Shown here: piece after piece, positions 8,014 through 17,107 of the stretch
Numbering within the stretch: the stretch's first letter is position 1
Layout: the number at the start of each line of letters is the position of its first letter
Assembly (NCBI GenBank): GCA_045531455.1
Contig: JAZSEA010000112.1
Span: 16,196 to 80,195, forward strand
From: Eubacteriales bacterium
GTDB taxonomy: Bacteria; Bacillota; Clostridia; Oscillospirales; CAG-272
Direction: 5' to 3'
Length of the DNA: 64,000 bases
Notes under the pieces: model-generated
The model's input: the letters and a program-made list of their open reading frames with translations, nothing else
Database searches by the model: none
Told to the model about the DNA's origin: nothing
Program-made: the position numbers and the translations under genes

Positions 8014-8046
8014 AATAAATTCCTCCTAACATTCTTTGCTGTATTT

Positions 8047-8075
8047 ATTATACACTAATTCTTCGTAAAATTCAA
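8047..8075 (-). promoter_or_regulatory. SigmaA promoter of the TA operon
   Basis: TTGAAT-N17-TATAAT on the minus strand. Confidence 0.65.
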
Positions 8076-8136
8076 CAGCAAAAATGTAAAAAATTAAAAA
8101 TCCTTGCAAGTTTTATTTCTTGCAAGGATTTCGTTA

Positions 8137-8616
8137 CTATACCGTTATGTCGACCAACTCAAATTTCAGCACCTTGCGGAGCTCTTCAAGCGTAATTTCG
8201 ACCTGATATCCTATCCTGCCCGCGCTGAAAAGGATGGTTTCGTGATCGGCGGCGGTGGCATCAATGAAGGTCGGGAATTGCTTCTTCATTCCGATGGGCG
8301 AGCATCCGCCGTGGATGTAGCCTGTCAGCGGGAGCAGTTCCTTCTGCTTTATCATCACGATATTCTTCTCGCCCGCCGCGCGTGCCGCCTTTTTGAGATC
8401 GAGCTCGCGGTGCACGGGAACGAGAAATACGAAATGATTCTTTGACGCACCGACGGTCACAAGGGTCTTGAAAACGTGGTTGGGGTCTTGATGAAGCACC
8501 TCCGCGATCTCGGTTCCGCTGATCGCGTCGGTGTCTACGTATAGATGCTTTTCGTACTTGACCTTTTTCGAATCAAGCAGACGCATCACGTTTGTTTTTT
8601 CGTCTGTTTTTTTCAT
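8137..8616 (-). CDS. ybaK: Cys-tRNA(Pro) deacylase YbaK/EbsC
   Basis: KTNVMRLL, VFKTLV, LDLKKAA, TGYIHGGCSPIGMKK, SAGRIG. Confidence 0.93.
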   Translation of the reverse strand: MKKTDEKTNVMRLLDSKKVKYEKHLYVDTDAISGTEIAEVLHQDPNHVFKTLVTVGASKNHFVFLVPVHRELDLKKAARAAGEKNIVMIKQKELLPLTGYIHGGCSPIGMKKQFPTFIDATAADHETILFSAGRIGYQVEITLEELRKVLKFELVDITV

Positions 8617-8900
8617 TTGAGTTCAAACTCACCGAGCTTTGATTCCGCAATATAATCATTTCTGAAGGTGCGGAGAGTTGCCATATGGGGCTGACCGATG
8701 TGCACCTGCTGATGCTCCTTCGATTCCCACGCCTCGATAAGAAGAAGCTCGTCGGGATTTTTTTCGGAATAGTAGTAGTCGTAGCGGATGCATCCGTCCT
8801 CCGCGCGGACGGCGTCAAGAACGCCCTCGGACTTCATTCTTTCAACAAAAGCCTCTCTTTTGCCGGGATGGCAGATGAAATTTACGTAAATAGTGTACAT
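8613..8900 (-). CDS. Antibiotic biosynthesis monooxygenase (ABM) domain protein
   Basis: AVRAEDGCIRYDY, LIEAWES, HIGQPHM. Confidence 0.85.
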   Translation of the reverse strand: MYTIYVNFICHPGKREAFVERMKSEGVLDAVRAEDGCIRYDYYYSEKNPDELLLIEAWESKEHQQVHIGQPHMATLRTFRNDYIAESKLGEFELK

Positions 8901-8912
8901 TTTTATTCCTCC

Positions 8913-9365
8913 TTAAAGTTCTGCAAGTATGTCAGCCGCGTTTGTGTCGGGCTTGACCTTTGGCATTATTTTTTCGATATTTCCGTTTTCGTCAATGATA
9001 AACGTCGTGCGGACTACGCCGAATGCGACCTTTCCGTACTGCTTCTTCTCCTGCCAGACGCCGTATGCCTCGATGGCGACGCGGTCGGGGTCGGAGAGAA
9101 GAACGAAGGGAAGATCGTATTTCTCGGCAAATTTTACGTGAGAGGCGACGCTGTCCTTGCTGATGCCGATGATCTCGACGCCCTTAGCCTCAAACTGCTT
9201 GTACGCACCCGCAAAGGCGCAAGCCTGACGGGTACATCCGGGCGTGTTGTCCCTCGGGTAGAAGTAGAGAACTACCTTTTTGCCGAGATAATCCGAGAGC
9301 GAAACGTCGTTACCGTTTTTGTCCTTGAGCGTGAAAGCGGGTGCTTTCATTCCGATTTCAAGCAT
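8913..9365 (-). CDS. bcp: Thioredoxin-dependent peroxiredoxin Bcp
   Basis: VLYFYPRDNTPGCTRQAC, LLSDPD, RTTFIIDE. Confidence 0.95.
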   Translation of the reverse strand: MLEIGMKAPAFTLKDKNGNDVSLSDYLGKKVVLYFYPRDNTPGCTRQACAFAGAYKQFEAKGVEIIGISKDSVASHVKFAEKYDLPFVLLSDPDRVAIEAYGVWQEKKQYGKVAFGVVRTTFIIDENGNIEKIMPKVKPDTNAADILAEL

Positions 9366-9376
9366 CGTGTGCCTCC

Positions 9377-10507
9377 TTATAAATATCTTTCAAAGATCAT
9401 CAGCAAGAATTCAAGCCCCGTGGGCAGAGAATCGGGGTAGAGAAGCTCGCCGATATTGTGCGGATATGAGGTAGTGCAGAGACCAACGTCGAGAGAGGGA
9501 ATGCCGCGGCTCATCGGATAGCGGCAATCTGTGCAAGCCGAGGAATATCTCGGCTTGATGCCGAGTGACTGCAGCATCTCGCCGTGCTCCTCGCCGATCT
9601 TTTTCATAACCTCGTCGGGAACGGTGTTCCAATGTGCCGTGTCGCTGACGATCTCGTTCGTGATCGTGACCTGCTCGGTCGTGTATTTTTCTACGGCTTT
9701 GGCAAGGAGAGAAGCGAGAACCTCGTATCTTTCGTACTTATCCGAACGGAGCTCGATCAGAGCGTGTGCTTCTGCCGCAATAATGTTGTGGCGGTTACCG
9801 CCGCTTATCATACCGACGTTGATCGTCGTGCGCTTGAGCTTGTTTTCGGCAATATACTCGCGGCAGGCTGTCGAGGTGTCGAGAATGACCCTTGAAAGCT
9901 CCTCGATCGCGCTCGGAGTGCCGAATGCGCCGAGTGCGTGACCGCCCGGCGCGCGTACGGTGACAAGGTGATTGTAATAGTTGACCGTACCCGTGTAGAT
10001 GCGTTTCATCGAGGCGTCAAAGCTGTAGCAGAAATGAATATCGTCGGTGCCGTGCTCGGTCAGATAATTGTACATACCGATGCTTCCGACCTCCTCTGAG
10101 GCGGTTGCGATGAAGAGAACGCCGTATTCATTATCGACAGGCGGATTCTCGATAAGGTATCTCATTCCGAGCATCAGAACCGCGAGATTGGCGGTATCGT
10201 CGCCGATACCGGGGCAGTAGAGCTTGTCGTCCTCCTTTTTGATCTCAAGCGGAACGTCAAAATCAAAGACCGTGTCGGTGTGGGCAGAGAAGATGATCCA
10301 TTTCCCGCTTTTTCCGGGGAAAGCCTTCCAGACTACGTTGCAGAATTCGTCGATCTCAACTCCCTCGGCTCCTGCATTTTTCAGCCATTCGGCACAGAAC
10401 TCGGCGCGCTTCCTTTCGTGTCCGCTCGGCGCGGGGATGAGAGTCATATCGCAGGTAAGCTTAGTAAGCTCCTCTGTGTGAGCGATAGCATAATCGTGAA
10501 AAGTCAT
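9377..10507 (-). CDS. M20/M25/M40 family metallopeptidase
   Basis: SAHTDTV, PGIGDD, SEEVG, GGHA, INVG, HN motifs. Confidence 0.88.
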   Translation of the reverse strand: MTFHDYAIAHTEELTKLTCDMTLIPAPSGHERKRAEFCAEWLKNAGAEGVEIDEFCNVVWKAFPGKSGKWIIFSAHTDTVFDFDVPLEIKKEDDKLYCPGIGDDTANLAVLMLGMRYLIENPPVDNEYGVLFIATASEEVGSIGMYNYLTEHGTDDIHFCYSFDASMKRIYTGTVNYYNHLVTVRAPGGHALGAFGTPSAIEELSRVILDTSTACREYIAENKLKRTTINVGMISGGNRHNIIAAEAHALIELRSDKYERYEVLASLLAKAVEKYTTEQVTITNEIVSDTAHWNTVPDEVMKKIGEEHGEMLQSLGIKPRYSSACTDCRYPMSRGIPSLDVGLCTTSYPHNIGELLYPDSLPTGLEFLLMIFERYL

Positions 10508-11394
10508 CAGAAATCAAACTCCTCTCTTTCGTAGATCTTGCATTTTTGGGTGTTGATAAGCATTCTGCCCTTGTAAAACGCGACACATTCGACCTCCTGA
10601 TCAAAGAAGGGCGCGGTTGAAAGATCCTCGCAGAGAGCGTATTTTTTCTCCTTGAGGTCGATGACGTTGAGCGCGTCGGGGGTGTCCTCTCGTCCAAAGC
10701 CGAACGAGTAGTAGAGTCTGTCCTCGTAGATCGTTCCGCCCTGAGTTGCAAAAGCATTGAAGGGAAGGAAGAACTGATCGAGAATGTCGTCCGCAGTGAA
10801 GGTCACGTCACCCTCGGCAGGATTGGGAAGGCGGAATTTGGTTACGATATATTCGTTGTCGGGGCGGTACATCTCGCGTTTTGTGCGGTAACGAGCAGAG
10901 TGGAGATAGAAGAAGCCGTTCTTGACGTCAACGAGCGACGCGGGCCAACCCCAGCCGGGGATCTCGAATTTCTTGCCGTCCTTTTCTGTAGGCTTGTAAT
11001 AAATTCGCTGAACCGTTTCAGCCGAGTAAACTCCGTCTTTCAGACGGATCTGCTCGACTGCGCAATAAGCAAGCCAACCCTTTTCGTCCGCATCACCGCT
11101 GTTGCCCGCGGTAACGTACATCAGAGGAAAATCCTCTCCGGGCATAGTTGCGCCGAACATAGCGTCGTTCGCGTGGTTGTCGTATCTCTTGTCTTCCTCG
11201 TTCTTGCAGTACGAGCCGAGCTTGAAGATGCCGACGGGCTTCGGATCGCGGCTGACGAGATCGTATGCGCCTGCAACTCCGCTGTGATAGAGTACGAACG
11301 CGGTGTCTCCGTGGATAGCCATTCCCTGAACCGAACGGCGTTTGCCGAACATCTCGGCGGTGGGGTTCTCAAATTCCATATAAAGCTTGTACAT
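10507..11394 (-). CDS. Hypothetical protein (possible beta-propeller)
   Basis: Long ORF in operon context with RBS; VQGMA, HAND, TQGG, EVECVAF repeat-like blades. Confidence 0.7.
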   Translation of the reverse strand: MYKLYMEFENPTAEMFGKRRSVQGMAIHGDTAFVLYHSGVAGAYDLVSRDPKPVGIFKLGSYCKNEEDKRYDNHANDAMFGATMPGEDFPLMYVTAGNSGDADEKGWLAYCAVEQIRLKDGVYSAETVQRIYYKPTEKDGKKFEIPGWGWPASLVDVKNGFFYLHSARYRTKREMYRPDNEYIVTKFRLPNPAEGDVTFTADDILDQFFLPFNAFATQGGTIYEDRLYYSFGFGREDTPDALNVIDLKEKKYALCEDLSTAPFFDQEVECVAFYKGRMLINTQKCKIYEREEFDF

Positions 11395-11402
11395 TTTTTA
11401 CC

Positions 11403-11879
11403 TCACTTAACAAGTGCCGCGATCTTATCCTCGGTCAGACGGTAGGTCGTCCATTCATCCATCGAAACCGCACCGAGCGAGAGATAGAATTTGATACTCG
11501 GCTCGTTCCAGTTAAGGCAGGTCCATTCCATTCTGCCGCAGTTTCGCTCCTTTGCGATCCTTGCAACCTCGCAGAAGAGAGCCTTGCCGTAGCCCTTGCC
11601 GCGGTGCTCGGGCCAGACGAAGAGGTCCTCAAGGTGAATACCCGAGCGTCCGACGAATGTGGAATAATTGTGGAAGAAGAGCGCAAAGCCGACCTCCTTA
11701 CCGTCTTCAAGAGCGAAGATGACCTCTGCGTTTCCTTTTCCGAAAACGACCTCCTTGATCAATGCCTCGGTGTTTATGACCTCATCGAGCATTTTTTCGT
11801 AAGTGGCAATTCCTTTGATAAATTCAAGGACAAGAGCGGCGTCGTCCTCCGTCGCGTATCTGAACTGAAAATTATTCAT
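11403..11879 (-). CDS. GNAT N-acetyltransferase (diamine acetyltransferase-like)
   Basis: YSTFVGRSGIHLEDLFV, RGKGYGKAL, RMEWTCLNWNEPSIKFY; start reassigned to ATG 11879 behind GGAGG. Confidence 0.9.
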   Translation of the reverse strand: MNNFQFRYATEDDAALVLEFIKGIATYEKMLDEVINTEALIKEVVFGKGNAEVIFALEDGKEVGFALFFHNYSTFVGRSGIHLEDLFVWPEHRGKGYGKALFCEVARIAKERNCGRMEWTCLNWNEPSIKFYLSLGAVSMDEWTTYRLTEDKIAALVK

Positions 11880-11954
11880 GTTAATATCCTCCATTTGTTT
11901 TATTATATCACATTTTCCTTGATATTTCAACCGATTTGATAAGGTTTTATTTAC

Positions 11955-11987
11955 AAAAACCGATCCGCCGAAATCGGCGGATCGGTT
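11955..11987 (-). terminator. Intrinsic terminator
   Basis: AACCGATCCGCCG-N4-CGGCGGATCGGTT hairpin followed by a T-tract on the minus strand. Confidence 0.8.
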
Positions 11988-12002
11988 GATATTCAGGTTT
12001 GA

Positions 12003-12938
12003 TCAGTTTTCTCTTCTTTTTGCAATAATTGCAACTCCGAGGACGGAGACAACTGCGATAACTGCGAAGATAACGAAGGAGTCACCTGTATCCGTGGAGG
12101 ACTCGGGCTCGGTCGTCTCGGGGGCCGCGGTCGTCTCGGGAGCTGCGGTCGTCTCGGGTGCTTCCTTTACAACGATATCAAGGCTTGCGAGAGCCAACGG
12201 GATACCGGGTGTGCCGTTGAGATCATCGGGGATAATGTAAAGAGTGTACTCTCCTGCGGGGAAATCATAATACTCGGACATAGAGGAACCGATGTGGCGG
12301 GCTCTCTTGATATCAAAGGTCGTGCCCTTGCCAACTGTGGAAATGTAATCCCAATAGATCGAGGGTCCGACGTATCCCTTCGGGAAGATACCGATCCAGT
12401 CCTTGCCGCCGGCGTTTACGCTCGAAGCAGCAACGTAGATGGTCTCGCCGACGACGTATTCTGTCTTATCGGTGACGATGTAGGTGTCCTTGTCGGGGAG
12501 AGTGAGCTCGGGAATCTTGGCTGCGTTCGGATCGGGAATTACCGTGATATCGATCGAAGCGAGCATCAGGTCGTAGCCTTTTTTGATAGAAAGATCATCG
12601 GGAATGATGAAGACCGTGTATTCGCCTGCGGGGAGGGAATAAAGATTGTTACGGTTCTTGCCGAGTCTGGTTGCTTTACGAATGTCGAAATTTTCGGTGA
12701 TCTCGGTGAGATAATTCCAGCGTATCGCAGCACCCGTCTTGTCACCCTTGACGGTAATGCCGAGCCAGTCCTTGCCGGAAGTATTGGCACTCTTGGCATT
12801 GACGATGATGGGTTCGCCTTCAACGTATGTGGTCTTGTCTGTGGTGAGAAGGGGATCTGCAGCTGAGGTGTTGAGTGAGAAGGAGAAGAGCGAGAGAAGG
12901 GTAGCAACGAGGAGAAGTGCGGAAATGATTTTCTTCAT
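12003..12938 (-). CDS. Secreted cell-surface protein with two tandem ~120-aa domains and C-terminal anchor
   Basis: Signal peptide, duplicated TDKT..GKDW[LI]GI..PAGEYT..IIPDD domain, PETTAA repeats, DTGD + hydrophobic helix + KRREN. Confidence 0.8.
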   Translation of the reverse strand: MKKIISALLLVATLLSLFSFSLNTSAADPLLTTDKTTYVEGEPIIVNAKSANTSGKDWLGITVKGDKTGAAIRWNYLTEITENFDIRKATRLGKNRNNLYSLPAGEYTVFIIPDDLSIKKGYDLMLASIDITVIPDPNAAKIPELTLPDKDTYIVTDKTEYVVGETIYVAASSVNAGGKDWIGIFPKGYVGPSIYWDYISTVGKGTTFDIKRARHIGSSMSEYYDFPAGEYTLYIIPDDLNGTPGIPLALASLDIVVKEAPETTAAPETTAAPETTEPESSTDTGDSFVIFAVIAVVSVLGVAIIAKRREN

Positions 12939-12966
12939 GATGTAGTCCTTCCTTTATTTATATTTT

Positions 12967-15177
12967 TTATTTTCTTTTCTTGATGACAGCCGCGCCGAGT
13001 GCGATCACGGCAATAATTGCGATCGGGGATGCAACGGAGCTGCATCCGCGCTTCTTAGCGACGGTAGGCTCGGTTTCATCGGGAGCCTCGGTCTGCTCGG
13101 GAGCGGGAGTAGCTTCGGGTTCTGTTGCCTCCGGTTCTGTCACTTCAGGAGTGGTAACGGGTTCTGTTGTAACCTCGGGCTCGGTAGTCGTTTCATCGGT
13201 CTTGGTCTGAGTATAGCTTACGAGGAATTGTGCGGAGGATACCCATTCGCCCGTGACGAAGTTTCTGCCGAGAACGGCAACCTTATCCTCGTAAATGCGG
13301 ATGTAATAACCCTCACTACCCGTCTGACGCTCACCTGTTACGATGTCGTAGGAGTGCCAGAGATAAGCGACGGACGAGGTATTGAAGTAGCTGGCTCCAT
13401 TACCCTTGTACATACAGTTATCCGAATCGAGGATCCAATGGGTATGACCGTTGAAGAACATGACCTCGGGATATTTGTTGACAACGGCTTTGAGCTGAGT
13501 ATGGTTGGAGACACCGCTCCAGCCCTCCGCCTGGCTGCTGCCCGAAGTGGTGTTAAGCATCGGCTGATGATGGAAGACGAAAATAGGTCTGCCGTCGCGG
13601 TTTTCGTTGATCTTTTCCTCAAGCCAATTCAGCTGAGTCTTGGTAAGCTTGGATGCACCCGTGGTCTCGGATGCGATAAAGATGTAGTGATAGCCGTTGA
13701 CCCAAACGTCATAGTAGGGCTTGTCGGGAGTGCTTCCGTCGGGGAAGTTGAGGTTCTCGAGGAACTGCTTGAGACCCGCATCGTAATTTGTGCCGATATA
13801 TTCGTGGTTACCGATGCCGAGGTAGAGAGCGGGAGCATTCTTGACGGAGTTGTAATGCTGATGGAAATAGGTCCAATATTCGGGGGAGTCGCCGCGGTCA
13901 ACGATATCGCCGACGGCAAAGATGCCGACCGAATCGGGGCTGTTCTTGACAACGTCATTGAGCATTCCGATGAAGTGCTTGCTGTATTCATTGGATGCGT
14001 CGCCTTTGATATGGATATCGCTGACGATCTGGAACTCGGAGAGGACCTTGCCAAAGCCCTTTGAAGCCGCACCCTCGGGGAGCTTGACCTCGAGGCACTT
14101 TTCCGAGATACCGTTGCTGTCATTATAAGTATAGATAAGAAGCTTGGTCGCACCCTCGGGGATGATGGTGTTCGGGGTCATCTCGTGGGTGACGGTCGTT
14201 CCCGTTACCTTGAAGCGTGCAAGGCGTGTGTAGCCCTCGAGCTTACCCGCGTCGTTTGCCCACCACATATAGATGTCGTCTGCCATATGATCCTCGGGGA
14301 GGTTGATGGTCAGAGTACCGTCAGCCATACCGTCGGTGTCGTTCTTGAGCTTGTAGGTAGCCGAAAGCGGGGCTTTTGCTATCTTCGAGGGATCGTTTAC
14401 GATCTTGATATCGAGGGATGCGAGCGCGATGCCGATTCCGTTTTTGCCTGTCAGGTCATCGGGGATGATATAGAGAGTGTATTCACCCGCGGGGAGTCCG
14501 AAATAATCCGACATCGAGGAGCCCATATTGCTTGCCTTTTCGATATCAAATGTCTTGCCCTTGCCGACCGTGGAGATATAATCCCAGTAGATAGAGGGGC
14601 CGATGTGCCCCTTCGGGAAGATACCGATCCAGTCCTTGCCGCCTGCATTTGCACTCGAAGCCGCAACGTAAACGGTCTCGCCGACGAAGTATTCGGTCTT
14701 GTCGGTTACGATGTAGGTGTCCTTATCGGGAAGAGTCAGCTCGGGGATCTTCTCGGTCGAATTCGGATTGGGGATTACCGTGATATCGATCGAGGCGAGA
14801 CGCTTGTCATAGCCCGATTTTACGGTATGATCATCGGGAATGATGAAAATGGTGTATTCGCCTGCGGGGATGGAATAGAGGCTGTTTCGGTTTTTGCCGA
14901 GCCTCGATGCTTCTCGGATATCGAAATTATCGCCGATCTCGTTCAGGTAATTCCAACGGATCGAGGCACCCGTCACGTCACCCTTAACGGTGATGCCGAG
15001 CCAATCCTTGCCCGAGGAGTTTGTGCTTGAGGCATTGACGATGATCGGCTCACCCTCATAGTAGGTGGTCTTGTCGGTCGTAAGCTTTGCCGCGCTGTCG
15101 GCGGAGACAGTCACGGTGAGTGAAAGTGTGGCGAGGATCATGCTGAAAAGCAGGGTAAATGCCGCAAATTTTTTCAT
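12967..15177 (-). CDS. Surface-anchored calcineurin-like metallophosphoesterase
   Basis: SDIH, VGDIVD, GNHE, HHQP, GHTH motifs; signal peptide; same duplicated N-terminal domain as neighbour; C-terminal TM. Confidence 0.88.
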   Translation of the reverse strand: MKKFAAFTLLFSMILATLSLTVTVSADSAAKLTTDKTTYYEGEPIIVNASSTNSSGKDWLGITVKGDVTGASIRWNYLNEIGDNFDIREASRLGKNRNSLYSIPAGEYTIFIIPDDHTVKSGYDKRLASIDITVIPNPNSTEKIPELTLPDKDTYIVTDKTEYFVGETVYVAASSANAGGKDWIGIFPKGHIGPSIYWDYISTVGKGKTFDIEKASNMGSSMSDYFGLPAGEYTLYIIPDDLTGKNGIGIALASLDIKIVNDPSKIAKAPLSATYKLKNDTDGMADGTLTINLPEDHMADDIYMWWANDAGKLEGYTRLARFKVTGTTVTHEMTPNTIIPEGATKLLIYTYNDSNGISEKCLEVKLPEGAASKGFGKVLSEFQIVSDIHIKGDASNEYSKHFIGMLNDVVKNSPDSVGIFAVGDIVDRGDSPEYWTYFHQHYNSVKNAPALYLGIGNHEYIGTNYDAGLKQFLENLNFPDGSTPDKPYYDVWVNGYHYIFIASETTGASKLTKTQLNWLEEKINENRDGRPIFVFHHQPMLNTTSGSSQAEGWSGVSNHTQLKAVVNKYPEVMFFNGHTHWILDSDNCMYKGNGASYFNTSSVAYLWHSYDIVTGERQTGSEGYYIRIYEDKVAVLGRNFVTGEWVSSAQFLVSYTQTKTDETTTEPEVTTEPVTTPEVTEPEATEPEATPAPEQTEAPDETEPTVAKKRGCSSVASPIAIIAVIALGAAVIKKRK

Positions 15178-15258
15178 TGGAGTGCTCCTTTTCTGTAAAA
15201 GTCGGTTTCAATTACCAATATCATTATACAAAATTATTATCGATCTGTCAACGCTTTT

Positions 15259-15735
15259 TTAAGATTCTTTTATCTTTTTGCCCGCGATATGCTCGGGAAT
15301 GAGCTCAAGACAGAGCATGTTTTTGCCGAAAGATACGATTTCTTTTTCGATATACTCGCTGTCGGAGGTGAATTTATAGCTGAGCTTTCGGCAGATATCC
15401 ATTGCCCTGTCAAAGTCTTTGACAGCGCGGATCTTGCCGAAGACGATGACGCTTTTTATGTTGAGAGCCCAATCGCCGTCCTCGCGGTAGCCCGAATCGT
15501 AAACGCAGAAGGATACCTTGTCGCAATTTGCGATCGAGTCGATCTTGTGCCCCGATCTTCCGCTGTGGAAGTAGAGATGACCGTCCTCCTCATTGTAGTA
15601 ATAATTGATCGGAAGACCGTAAGGGTATCCGCCGTCACCGATGACGGAGAGAACTCCGCGGAGCTCGGTCTTCAGTATTTGAGTGCACTCATCTGCCGTG
15701 AGTGCCTGCTTTTTTCTGACGATTTCTCTGAACAT
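15259..15735 (-). CDS. Pyridoxamine 5'-phosphate oxidase / NimA-like FMN-binding protein
   Basis: GVLS..GGYPYGLPINY, LYFHS..SGHK, KVSFCV, SVIVFG. Confidence 0.88.
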   Translation of the reverse strand: MFREIVRKKQALTADECTQILKTELRGVLSVIGDGGYPYGLPINYYYNEEDGHLYFHSGRSGHKIDSIANCDKVSFCVYDSGYREDGDWALNIKSVIVFGKIRAVKDFDRAMDICRKLSYKFTSDSEYIEKEIVSFGKNMLCLELIPEHIAGKKIKES

Positions 15736-15823
15736 TTGATTGTACCTCTCGATTTATTGGATTAATTATACCATAACGGAAAGAAAAAATCCACACAAAC
15801 GCAAAATAATTTGTATTTCGCTA

Positions 15824-15852
15824 TTGAAATTTCACGCCCGATAAGGTATAAT
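15824..15852 (+). promoter_or_regulatory. SigmaA promoter of fucO
   Basis: TTGAAA-N17-TATAAT. Confidence 0.65.
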
Positions 15853-15914
15853 AAAATCAACGGGCAGAATTGATCCCGAATTAATTAGGTAAAATATTAC
15901 CGGAGGTACTTAAA

Positions 15915-17057
15915 ATGGCAAATCGTTTCGTATCCAACGCAATATCATATCACGGCAAGGGCGCGATCGCAGAGATCCCCGGCATCATCGCCGCGAAGGG
16001 CTTTAAGAAGGCTTTCGTAGCTTCCGACCCCGACCTCGTTAAGTTTGGCGTAACCAAGAAGGTCACCGATCTCCTTGATGCCGCAGGTATGGCTTACGAG
16101 ATCTATTCCGATATCAAGCCGAATCCCACCATTGAAAACGTAAAGAACGGCGTTGAGGCTTACAAGGCTTCGGGCGCAGACTATATGATCGCCATCGGCG
16201 GCGGCTCCTCCATGGACACCGCGAAGGCTATCGGTATCATCATCAACAACCCGGAATTCGCTGACGTTCGCTCGCTCGAGGGCGTTGCTCCCACCAAGAA
16301 CCGCACGGTCTACACCATCGCAGTTCCCACGACAGCAGGTACCGCCGCAGAGGCTACCATCAACTACGTTATCACCGACGTAGAACGCAAGAGAAAGTTC
16401 GTTTGCGTTGACGTAAACGACATTCCCGACATTGCGGTCGTTGACCCCGATATGATGTCCACGATGCCCAAGGGACTCACAGCCGCAACGGGTATGGACG
16501 CTCTCACCCACGCGATCGAGGGCTACACCACCAAGGCTGCCTGGGATCTTCCCGATTGCCTTAACCTTGAGGCTATCCGCCTTATCGCAAAGAGCCTCCG
16601 CGGTGCTGTAAACAACGATCCCGAAGGCCGTGAGGGAATGGCTCTCGGTCAGTTCGTGACAGGTATGGCATTCTCGAACGTAGGTCTTGGAATCGCTCAC
16701 TCTGTTGCTCACACTCTCGGTGCTGTTTACGATACACCCCACGGCGTTGCATGCGCTATGATGCTTCCCATCGTTATGGAGTACAACGCAGATCAGACCG
16801 GCGAAAAGCTCAAGGCAGTTGCAGAGGCTATGGGCGTTGACACCGCAGTAATGTCTCAGGAAGAATACCGCAAGGCGGCAGTTGACGCGGTACGTCAGCT
16901 TTCCGTTGACGTCGGAATCCCCACAAAGCTTGAAGCCCTCAAGGAAGAGGACCTCGACTTCCTCGCAGAGTCGGCATACGCAGACGCTTGCGCACCCGGC
17001 AACCCCAAGGCTGCATCGGTTGAGGATATCAAGGGACTTATCAGAAAGCTTATGTAA
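15915..17057 (+). CDS. fucO: Lactaldehyde reductase (iron-containing alcohol dehydrogenase)
   Basis: MANRF start, AIGGGSSMDTAK, PTTAGTAAE, GMDALTHAIEGY, AHTLG..PHG. Confidence 0.9.
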   Translation: MANRFVSNAISYHGKGAIAEIPGIIAAKGFKKAFVASDPDLVKFGVTKKVTDLLDAAGMAYEIYSDIKPNPTIENVKNGVEAYKASGADYMIAIGGGSSMDTAKAIGIIINNPEFADVRSLEGVAPTKNRTVYTIAVPTTAGTAAEATINYVITDVERKRKFVCVDVNDIPDIAVVDPDMMSTMPKGLTAATGMDALTHAIEGYTTKAAWDLPDCLNLEAIRLIAKSLRGAVNNDPEGREGMALGQFVTGMAFSNVGLGIAHSVAHTLGAVYDTPHGVACAMMLPIVMEYNADQTGEKLKAVAEAMGVDTAVMSQEEYRKAAVDAVRQLSVDVGIPTKLEALKEEDLDFLAESAYADACAPGNPKAASVEDIKGLIRKLM

Positions 17058-17074
17058 TTTTCATTATTCATTAT

Positions 17075-17106
17075 AAAAGCCTCGATCTTCGGATCGAGGC
17101 TTTTTA
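17075..17106. terminator. Bidirectional intrinsic terminator
   Basis: AAAAGCCTCGATC-TTCG-GATCGAGGCTTTT. Confidence 0.88.
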
Positions 17107-17107
17107 T

